DNA of 64,000 nucleotides, taken from positions 90,557 to 154,556 of the forward strand of contig CADECY010000005.1 of the NCBI GenBank assembly GCA_902825945.1, read 5' to 3'. A model generated the notes under the pieces. It did not search any database. It was not told where the DNA came from and worked only from the letters and a program-made list of their open reading frames with translations. Positions 56,415 through 64,000 of the stretch are shown here, one piece after another (within the stretch, counting starts at the first letter, position 1; the number at the start of each line of letters is the position of its first letter). Source of the DNA: an uncultured Acidobacteriota bacterium (GTDB taxonomy: Bacteria > Acidobacteriota > Terriglobia > Bryobacterales > Bryobacteraceae). A program made the position numbers and the translations under genes.

Positions 56415-58625
56415 TCAGAACTCCACGACCAACCCCGCCGACGGCAGGATTGGAAACATTTTGTCGAACGAAAAGCGGACCGCGCCCGTGCGTCCGTCAA
56501 ATCCGAAGCCGTCGTAACGGAAGTTGTCGTGATTGGTCAGATTGATCACTTCGGCGAACAACGTCAACTGCCAGCGATCTCGTATGAAAGCCTTGTTCAC
56601 GCGAAAGTCGGCGCGTTGGTAGGCGGGCATGCGGAGCCGATTCCGCTCGGAGGAGAGAAACGCCGAGCGAAGCTCGCCGGTGAAGAATCCGTGCAATGGG
56701 AATCCACTGCCGTAGAGCCACTTGGCGCTCAGATTGACCGACGGACGAAGGCGATAGCTACCGAAGACGTTCACGGTATGACGCTGATCGAAGTCCGATG
56801 GATACGAGATGCCGAGTGCGCCATCGCGGACGCGGGCGGTGCTCCACGAGTAGCCGATCCAGCCCGTGAGTCCGTTGGCGGTGCGCCGCTGTACGAAGGC
56901 GCTCCAACCTCGTGCGTATCCGCGCTGGGTGTTGGCGATCGGACCAGTCAAATTGCCGCCAACGATGCGCCCGTTCAGGATGCGGGCGTCGAACAGGGGC
57001 CGGAACATGAGATCGCGATCCTGGCGGTCATAGGCTTGGACGCGCAGGCGGGTCCGTTCGCCGATCCGTTGTTCCACCGTCGCTTCGTAGTGCGTGGCGC
57101 GTTCGGGCAGCAGGCGGCGTGATCCGGTTGGCGAGAACAGTTGCGCGATTTCGGGGAACTGCACGTACTGTCCCCATGCGAGCGACAATCGCGTGGCCGC
57201 GACCGGCTGGAACGAAATCGAAGCGTACGGGGTCGCGAGAGAGCCCGTGGCGCTCGCCGCGCTGTGTTGATCCACACGGCCGCCCGCCGCGAGTTGGACC
57301 TTGCCGCTCGCCAGGTTCAGCGACTGACGAGCGTAGAGGCCAGAGCGCACGCCGCTGCCGCGATACTGATCGATCCGCGTGAAGCCAACGTTCGCAAGCC
57401 GGCTTACATAGCCGTCGTCTCGAACGCGACGCGCGCTGGCCCCGAACTCCATCGCGGACCATCGGGATTGCTGCCATGTGGCATCCCCATTCCAGATCCA
57501 CTCGCCGTATCCGCTCGCGCCGAGTGCACGCGCTTCGCGGTTGACATTGAAATATCGTTCGCGCAGCAGAGCCACGCGATTGGTGGCGAGGAATGAGCGG
57601 CCCGGCGCGTAGCGCGCGCTCAGGGTCGAGAGCGTGAAGTCATAGTCGCTCTTGAAGACGCCATTGAGCCCGAGTTGCGCGCCGGTTCGATCGAGTCCGG
57701 ACGAGCCGTGCATCACCGCGAGGCTGACGTTCCACGCTTTGGCGACATCGTACTGAACGCGGCCCTGGGCGTCGGAGAAGCCGAAGGCGAGGCCCTGGTC
57801 GTCCGAGGTCCGGCTGATCAGGTACTGCAGATAGCTCTTGCGCGCGGTGACGAGCCACGATCCCTTGCCGCCGGCGAGCGGGCCTTCGAGCATCGCGCCC
57901 GCGTTGGATGCGCTGATGGTTCCGCGGACAGAGAATCGCTTGCGGTCCCCTTCCCGCGTCTGGACATCCAGCGCACCGGCCGTGCGATCGGCAAAGCGCG
58001 ACGGCGGCGCACCCGCGTGCAGGTTCACCGCGTCGAGCATGTCGCCATTGAAGATCGTGAGCGAGGCGTTGTTCGGATCGCCCTGTACAGTGTGATAGGG
58101 CGAATGCAACAGCACGCCATCGAGATAGATACCGATCCGGTTGAATCCGGCGCCACGCAGCGAAATCTGCGCCTGGAAATCGTCGTTGGAGGTGACTCCG
58201 GGCAGTCCTTGCACGGCACGCAACGGATCATCCGCCAGCACGCTCGCGAGGTTCTTCAACTCGTTGCCCGTCATGCTCGTTGCCGAAGGGGTCTCTTCGA
58301 CATAGGCACCAGCCGAAACCGCGACGGACTCCGAGCGGCGCAGCGTATCGGGAGCGAGCGCGATCTCGAATTCCGCGGAGGAAGGCACGGTCACGCGAAT
58401 CTGGAACGGCCGGTATCCCACGGCCGTGACGCGCAACAACTGCTCGCCTTCGCCGATTCCGGTCAGCGCGAACGATCCCGTGGGGTCGCTGATCACTTCG
58501 ACGCCCGCGGCGGAAACCTTCACCTTCGCGAGACGTTCGCCGGTGGACGAATCCACGATCCGGCCCCGAATCTCCGCGGCCTGCAGCACGGCAAGCGCGA
58601 GCACGAAGGTGAAGGCGATTCGCAC
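56415..58625 (-). CDS. TonB-dependent receptor with CarboxypepD_reg-like N-terminal domain
   Basis: Signal MRIAFTFVLALAVLQA, IRGRIVDSSTGERLAKVKVSA, plug-like NLASVLADDPLRAVQGLPGV, C-terminal ...SAGLVVEF. Confidence 0.9.
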   Translation of the reverse strand: MRIAFTFVLALAVLQAAEIRGRIVDSSTGERLAKVKVSAAGVEVISDPTGSFALTGIGEGEQLLRVTAVGYRPFQIRVTVPSSAEFEIALAPDTLRRSESVAVSAGAYVEETPSATSMTGNELKNLASVLADDPLRAVQGLPGVTSNDDFQAQISLRGAGFNRIGIYLDGVLLHSPYHTVQGDPNNASLTIFNGDMLDAVNLHAGAPPSRFADRTAGALDVQTREGDRKRFSVRGTISASNAGAMLEGPLAGGKGSWLVTARKSYLQYLISRTSDDQGLAFGFSDAQGRVQYDVAKAWNVSLAVMHGSSGLDRTGAQLGLNGVFKSDYDFTLSTLSARYAPGRSFLATNRVALLRERYFNVNREARALGASGYGEWIWNGDATWQQSRWSAMEFGASARRVRDDGYVSRLANVGFTRIDQYRGSGVRSGLYARQSLNLASGKVQLAAGGRVDQHSAASATGSLATPYASISFQPVAATRLSLAWGQYVQFPEIAQLFSPTGSRRLLPERATHYEATVEQRIGERTRLRVQAYDRQDRDLMFRPLFDARILNGRIVGGNLTGPIANTQRGYARGWSAFVQRRTANGLTGWIGYSWSTARVRDGALGISYPSDFDQRHTVNVFGSYRLRPSVNLSAKWLYGSGFPLHGFFTGELRSAFLSSERNRLRMPAYQRADFRVNKAFIRDRWQLTLFAEVINLTNHDNFRYDGFGFDGRTGAVRFSFDKMFPILPSAGLVVEF

Positions 58626-58629
58626 GAAG

Positions 58630-59661
58630 CTACGGTTGCAGGATGACTTTCATCAGTCCAGGTTCGTGGCTGTAGAGCCGCTCGAACCAAGCACGGCCTT
58701 CGGCGAGTGGCGCGGTGGCGCTGATGATCGGATCGACCTTGATGGCGCCACGCGCGAGCAGATCGATGCACTCCGGATATTCGCCGTTGGAGGCGCACGA
58801 TCCATAGAGCGTGATCTCGCGCGAAACCGCTGCTTGGAGCGGCAGTTCGATGCGCGGCGTGATGTTGCCGACGAGCGTGAGCGCTCCGCCCTTGCGGATG
58901 CTCGCCATCGCGGTTCCGATCGGAGCCGTGGCGCCGACCACGTCGAATGCGATGTCCGCGCCGCGTCCACCGGTCAGTTTCTGGATGCGAGCGGGAACAT
59001 CATCGGTCTTCGGGTTGAGCCCGATATCGGCGCCGAGTTGCTTGGCGAGCGCGAGCTTGTTGTCTTCGAGATCGACCGCGACAATGAGTCCGCAACCGGC
59101 GAGCCGCGCGGCCTGCACGACGAGCAACCCGATCATGCCGGAACCGACGACGATGGCCGAATCACCCAGCGAAATCGGCGTGCGATTCACGGCGTGAACG
59201 GCGACCGAAACGGCTTCGATCAGAGCGGCGTGTTCGAACGAGAGCTGATCCGGCAGTTTGTACGATACGCGCCGTGGCACGTTGACGTATTCGGCGAAAG
59301 CGCCGTGACGGCGATACTCGCCAGGCGACACACCGAGCACTTGCCGGTTGTCACAGAGATTGATGCGGCCTTTGGAGCAGAAGTAGCAATTGCCGCACGA
59401 GATCGTGGAGTCGAACGTGACGCGGTCCCCCGCCTTCATGTCCTTCACGTTCGCGCCGGCCGCTTCGACAACACCCGCGGCTTCGTGTCCCATGACCAGT
59501 GGCGGAATCCGGCGGCCGGTACTGCCGTCCCAGCCATGCACGTCGCTGCCGCAAATGCCGCAGGCCTTCACGCGCACCAGCAAGTCATCGGGTCCGATCT
59601 CGGGCACTGGCATGTCGACCAGTTCGAGCTTCTTGTACTCCTGAAGTAGCAATGCTTTCAT
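58630..59661 (-). CDS. zinc-dependent alcohol/polyol dehydrogenase (MDR family)
   Basis: CGICGSDVH, GHEAAGVV, structural-zinc Cys cluster CGNCYFCSKGRINLC, Rossmann VVGSGMIGLL. Confidence 0.9.
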   Translation of the reverse strand: MKALLLQEYKKLELVDMPVPEIGPDDLLVRVKACGICGSDVHGWDGSTGRRIPPLVMGHEAAGVVEAAGANVKDMKAGDRVTFDSTISCGNCYFCSKGRINLCDNRQVLGVSPGEYRRHGAFAEYVNVPRRVSYKLPDQLSFEHAALIEAVSVAVHAVNRTPISLGDSAIVVGSGMIGLLVVQAARLAGCGLIVAVDLEDNKLALAKQLGADIGLNPKTDDVPARIQKLTGGRGADIAFDVVGATAPIGTAMASIRKGGALTLVGNITPRIELPLQAAVSREITLYGSCASNGEYPECIDLLARGAIKVDPIISATAPLAEGRAWFERLYSHEPGLMKVILQP

Positions 59662-59702
59662 AAACGTCCAGGATAGCGCGCCGGGCCGCTATCCTAAAGG
59701 AA

Positions 59703-61160
59703 ATGTCTTCGTATCCACGCGTCGCGTCGTTCAAAACGCCCAGCGCATTTCGGGCCCGCCTCACGGCCTTGGGCCTCGACCTTCCCTGTGACGATTCGAT
59801 TCTTCCCGCGCCTGAATCGCCGCTAGCGGCGCCTATCGATGTCGATGGCTTTCGCGTTGGCAATCGCTGGGTGATCCATCCGATGGAGGGCTGGGACGCC
59901 GAAACCGATGGCACGCCGTCGGACCTGGTGCATTCGCGCTGGCTGAACTTCGCGCGCAGCGGAGCCAAGTGGCTGTGGGGGGGCGAAGCCATGGCCGTAG
60001 TCCCCGAAGGCCGTGCCAACCCGAATCAGTTGATTATTCAGGACTCGACCCGCGACGCTCTCGCGCGTCTGCTCGCCGATACCGTCGAGGAGCATCGCGT
60101 CGCCAACGGTTCGGCGGACGATCTATTGATCGGATTCCAGCTCACGCACTCGGGCCGCTTCTGCAAGCCATTCAGCAAGACGAAGATGGAGCCCCGAATT
60201 CTCTATCGCCATCCGGTGCTCAATGCCAAGTTCCGCTTGGGTGACGATTATCCGGTGTTCTCCGATGATGAGATCGAGCGGCTGATCGAGAAGTTCATCG
60301 CGGCGGCGAAGATCGCCGAGAGCTGCGGAGCGATGTTCGCCGACGTGAAACATTGCCACGGATATCTGGGACACGAATTCCTCAGCTCGCACACGAGGCC
60401 GGGGAAGTTCGGCGGATCGTTCGAAAACCGAACGCGATTCCTGCGCGAGATCGTGGCGGGGATTCGCGCAGCCACGAAGATCAAGATCGGCGTCCGGCTC
60501 AGTTCGTTCGACTTCGTCCCGTTCAAGGCCGATCCGGCGAAGGGCGATGGAAAAAAGCTCGGGCCTGGAATTCCGGAGGATGCACCGCGCCCCTATGAAT
60601 ACGGCTTCGGAGCGAACGCCGCCGACCCTGTTTCCTACGACTTGAGCGAGACCTATCGATTTCTCGGACTGTGCCGCGAACTCGGAATCGTGATGATCAA
60701 CGTGAGCGGCGGCAGCCCCTACTACAATCCGCACATCCAGCGGCCGGCGCTGTTTCCTCCGTCCGATGGCTACCAGCCGCCCGAGGATCCGCTGGTGGGA
60801 TGCGCGCGACAGATCGCGGTGACGGCGGCTTTGAAGTCGCGCTTTCCGGACCTGGTGATGGTGGGCTCCGCGTACACTTACCTGCAAGAATACTTGCCTC
60901 ATGTAGCACAGGCCGTGGTCCGCGCGAGGATGGTGGATACGGTGGGGCTCGGACGGATGGTGCTCTCGTATCCCACGCTGCCGAAAGACACGCTCGGCTC
61001 GGGCCAGATGACGCACAACCGCATCTGCCGGACCTTCAGCGATTGCACGACCGCGCCGCGGAACGGATTGGTGTCGGGCTGCTATCCGCTCGACCCGGCG
61101 TACAAAGGGATGGCGGAAGCTTCGGAGTTGAAGAAGATCAAGGCGGCGATGCGGGTGTAG
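59703..61160 (+). CDS. NADH:flavin oxidoreductase (Old Yellow Enzyme family)
   Basis: VKHCHGYLGHEFLSSHTR...FGGSFENRTRFLREI and GVRLS motifs typical of OYE-type TIM barrels. Confidence 0.85.
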   Translation: MSSYPRVASFKTPSAFRARLTALGLDLPCDDSILPAPESPLAAPIDVDGFRVGNRWVIHPMEGWDAETDGTPSDLVHSRWLNFARSGAKWLWGGEAMAVVPEGRANPNQLIIQDSTRDALARLLADTVEEHRVANGSADDLLIGFQLTHSGRFCKPFSKTKMEPRILYRHPVLNAKFRLGDDYPVFSDDEIERLIEKFIAAAKIAESCGAMFADVKHCHGYLGHEFLSSHTRPGKFGGSFENRTRFLREIVAGIRAATKIKIGVRLSSFDFVPFKADPAKGDGKKLGPGIPEDAPRPYEYGFGANAADPVSYDLSETYRFLGLCRELGIVMINVSGGSPYYNPHIQRPALFPPSDGYQPPEDPLVGCARQIAVTAALKSRFPDLVMVGSAYTYLQEYLPHVAQAVVRARMVDTVGLGRMVLSYPTLPKDTLGSGQMTHNRICRTFSDCTTAPRNGLVSGCYPLDPAYKGMAEASELKKIKAAMRV

Positions 61161-61873
61161 GCAGAAATGACCTTCGATCTCGGACTCTGGTGCAGCAAAC
61201 AGGCTTTCTACGCAGAGTTGTGCGCGGCGTATCCCGAGGTCGATGCGGTTCAGGATGACAGGGTCGTTGATTGTCCATGGTGGCGCGAGTGCTCACGCTC
61301 CGGCATGCGTGGCGGCGCGTCAGGAAGTGTCGCCGAGTTGGTGAGAAGCAGGGATTGGTCCTCGATGATCCGAAGGGACCTGATGTCTACTTGCCTTCTG
61401 GATTGCGCGCGACTGGGCCGTTTCGTTTTGGGTCAATCGCGATGACCTTCGACGAGGCCGAGGACGCGTTCTGCCGGTTCGCGATGGACCAGGGTTACCC
61501 GGGCGAGCTGCTGTGGACGTCAGCGGACGAGCTAACAGTGTGGGGGAGGGGCAATGTGGCCTTGGAGGGCGATGCCAGAGCCCGGCGCGAACGAGCGCGA
61601 GCCGATACGAGCAGGCGGCTTGGAGCGGGTTCGGCATTGGCATGGCCGGGATCGGCATCAGTGCCGCAAAGACGGTTTGCCACGTAGTGGTGGCGAAGAG
61701 CGCCGAGGATGCGCAGTACCGGATGATGCCCTCCGATTGCGTGAAGTTTGGGTTGCGGTTGGAAAGCCCCGGTGCCTGTTGATCAGGAGCCCGCGCTTCT
61801 TCCAAGCCCTACAGTGGTGGCATCGGCGTCGCCATCGGCCTCTGCGGTGGGAGTGACCGCCAGAACCGGCACG

Positions 61874-62821
61874 TTACACCGCGACGGGTTCCACCACCTG
61901 CGGGCGGAAATACTCGATCGTGGCGCGCAGACCCGTTTCGAGCGTGGTTCTCGGTTCCCAGCCCAGCATGTTGCGCGCCTTGGTAATGTCCGGGCGGCGA
62001 CGCTTGGGGTCGTCCTGAGGAAGAGGATGGAACTCGATCGGTGAGGTGGCTCCGGCAAGGTCGCGAATTCGCTCGGCGAATTCGAGGATCGTCATTTCGA
62101 TCGGGTTGCCGAGATTGACCGGATAGCGCTCGTCGCTCATCGAGAGACGGACCAGCCCATCCACGAGATCACCGACGTAGCAGAAGCTCCGGGTCTGTTT
62201 GCCATCACCGTAGATGCTGAGAGGCTGGTTGCGCAGCGCCTGATCCACGAACTGAGGCACCACGCGCCCGTCGTCCAGCTTCATTCGCGGACCGAAGGTA
62301 TTGAAGATTCGCGCGATGTTGGTCCGGACGGCATACGTGCGGTGATAGGCCATCGTGATCGCCTCGGCGAAGCGCTTGGATTCGTCATAGCAGGAGCGCG
62401 GACCGACCGGATTCACGTTACCCCAATAGGTTTCCGCCTGAGGATGTTCGAGCGGGTCTCCGTAACACTCCGACGTGCTCGTCAGCAGGAATCGGGCGTT
62501 GCAGCGCCTCGCCAGCTCCAGCAGGTTTTGAGTCCCGATGGAGCCGACTTCCAGGGTTTCGATCGGATGCGCCAAGTAGTCCCGAGGACTGGCGGGTGAG
62601 GCAAGATTCATCACCATATCGAAGTGACCCTTCGGCCTGTATTGTTTGGTGACGTCCGCCTGCTCGAAAAGAAAATGCGGATGGTGGGCCAGGTGTTCGA
62701 GGTTCCGCTCCCGTCCGGTGATGAAATTGTCCACCGCGTGGACAGTGTGTCCGTCGGCCAACAGCCGCTCGCACAGGTGCGAGCCAATGAAGCCTGCCGC
62801 TCCGGCTACCAGAATACGCAA
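61874..62821 (-). CDS. UDP-glucuronate decarboxylase (UDP-xylose synthase)
   Basis: [28 protein letters not shown], the catalytic YDESKR (YXXXK), and high overall similarity to the UXS family as remembered. Confidence 0.9.
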   Translation of the reverse strand: MRILVAGAAGFIGSHLCERLLADGHTVHAVDNFITGRERNLEHLAHHPHFLFEQADVTKQYRPKGHFDMVMNLASPASPRDYLAHPIETLEVGSIGTQNLLELARRCNARFLLTSTSECYGDPLEHPQAETYWGNVNPVGPRSCYDESKRFAEAITMAYHRTYAVRTNIARIFNTFGPRMKLDDGRVVPQFVDQALRNQPLSIYGDGKQTRSFCYVGDLVDGLVRLSMSDERYPVNLGNPIEMTILEFAERIRDLAGATSPIEFHPLPQDDPKRRRPDITKARNMLGWEPRTTLETGLRATIEYFRPQVVEPVAV

Positions 62822-62917
62822 GATTACATTCCCCCGCTGAGGGTATCCATGTCAGATTTCATTATACCTATCGGCACCGCGATCCCGATTCTGTACTCGA
62901 GGTACAATTCTCCGATA

Positions 62918-64000
62918 ATGTCCACGCCCTCCTGGATCGAGTCCACCCTCCTGGTGGCGATCTTCGCCGCCTCCCTGGCGCTGTTTTGGAAGCGATTCCG
63001 CCGTGTTGTCGACAACATCCGGAATGCACGCAAGGACCCGGGGTTTTCGATCGATCCGATCGCGCCGCGGGTGAAGGAGTTCATCTGGGACGTCGCGCTG
63101 CAGGCCAAAGTGATCCGCGAGCGTCCGATTCCGGGCTTGGCGCATGCCTTTGTTTTCTGGGGGTTCTGCTCGTTCGCGCTGGTGACGCTCGACCATCTTG
63201 CCGCCGGATTCGGGCTCCGCCTGCTCGACCGCGATGGCTGGTTCGGGCGATTCTACTTCGGCTACGCGGCGCTGTTCGGAATCGTGGTCGCGGTTTCGAT
63301 CACCGGGCTCGCGATCCGGCGGTTCCTGGTTCGGCCCAAATGGCTCGGAGAGAAGGTCTCGAAGGAGTCCGGCATCATCGCCTGCCTGATCCTGGCGCTG
63401 ATGGTCACCTACCTCGCCGACTACTGGTTCCATACCGGCCGAATGGTGTGGTGGATCCATACACTCGCGCTGGCCACCTTCCTGCCACTGGTTCCGCACA
63501 CCAAGCACTTGCACCTGATCCTGAGCCCAGCCGCCGTCTTCCTTTCGCGCGGCGGATTCTCGAAGATCCCGCCGCTTGAAGGCGACGAGGATTTCGGGCT
63601 CGACACCGGCAAGGATGTCACCCAACTCGCCGCGCTCCATGCCTACTCGTGCGTCGAGTGCGGACGTTGCACCGAGCACTGTCCGGCGAACAATACCGGC
63701 AAGCTGCTCAACCCGAAAGAGATCATCCTCGGAGTCCGCGGTTACCTGAACGAGTTCGGCCCCAAGGGCGAGGATGCGCTTCTCGGAAAGCACCTGCATC
63801 AAGAGGCGGTGTTTCAATGCACCACATGTGGAGCCTGCGAAAACCAGTGTCCTCTTGGAATCGAGCATCTGCCGATTATCGTGGGCCTTCGGCGTGGCGC
63901 GGTGAACACGGGCAAGTGGGAAGACGAGTACGGCAACAAGCTTTTCCTGAATCTGGAAAAGTACGGCAATCCGCTCGGCATGGCTTCGAGCGAACGGGAC
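62918..64000 (+). CDS. membrane-anchored (Fe-S)-binding oxidoreductase, 3' end outside window
   Basis: Open frame to the window end, not in the ORF track because it has no stop. N-terminal TM helices, then ferredoxin-type clusters CVECGRCTEHCP and CTTCGACENQCP. Alternative ATG at 62849. The 338-aa antisense ORF 62852..63868 is a shadow. Confidence 0.8.
   Translation, partial: MSTPSWIESTLLVAIFAASLALFWKRFRRVVDNIRNARKDPGFSIDPIAPRVKEFIWDVALQAKVIRERPIPGLAHAFVFWGFCSFALVTLDHLAAGFGLRLLDRDGWFGRFYFGYAALFGIVVAVSITGLAIRRFLVRPKWLGEKVSKESGIIACLILALMVTYLADYWFHTGRMVWWIHTLALATFLPLVPHTKHLHLILSPAAVFLSRGGFSKIPPLEGDEDFGLDTGKDVTQLAALHAYSCVECGRCTEHCPANNTGKLLNPKEIILGVRGYLNEFGPKGEDALLGKHLHQEAVFQCTTCGACENQCPLGIEHLPIIVGLRRGAVNTGKWEDEYGNKLFLNLEKYGNPLGMASSERD

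Overview
High-GC bacterial chromosomal segment (about 60-70% GC by eye), densely coding on both strands. The gene content points to an Acidobacteriota-like organism, but this is inference only: CarboxypepD_reg-type TonB-dependent receptors, a DUF1592/DUF1552 pair, Tat-signal Gfo/Idh/MocA oxidoreductases, a sulfatase and enolase-superfamily sugar-acid dehydratases. I call about 55 protein genes. The window opens inside polA and ends inside a membrane Fe-S oxidoreductase gene that the ORF track missed because it has no stop in the window. I saw no rRNA, tRNA, CRISPR array, transposase or integrase.

The main finding is a lower-GC islet of about 2.9 kb (about 34958-37862), inserted exactly at the stop codon of a TonB-dependent receptor gene. 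It is flanked by direct repeats of about 185 bp that duplicate the receptor 3' end. One copy is displaced and frameshifted; the copies differ only by 5 synonymous changes clustered in the last 36 nt. The islet carries two genes: a fusion of an RHH-like segment, a TIR domain and a PBP1 (LacI/RbsB-type) ligand-binding-like domain, and an unrecognisable 387-aa partner. I propose it as a candidate undescribed TIR-based defence or NAD-signalling module.

Other points:
- An 82-99-nt MITE/REP-like element occurs twice, once in frame inside region 4 of an ECF sigma factor gene and once in the leader of the receptor gene.
- An in-frame TGA separates a signal peptide from an outer-membrane barrel ORF.
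- A probable homopolymer frameshift disrupts another signal peptide.
- An ImcH-like and a CbcL-like inner-membrane multiheme cytochrome gene are arranged divergently.
- One gene fuses a formyltransferase to a NodB-type deacetylase.
- One enolase-superfamily enzyme carries a Tat signal.

All family calls come from motif recognition by eye. Start codons are judgement calls. No database search was run.
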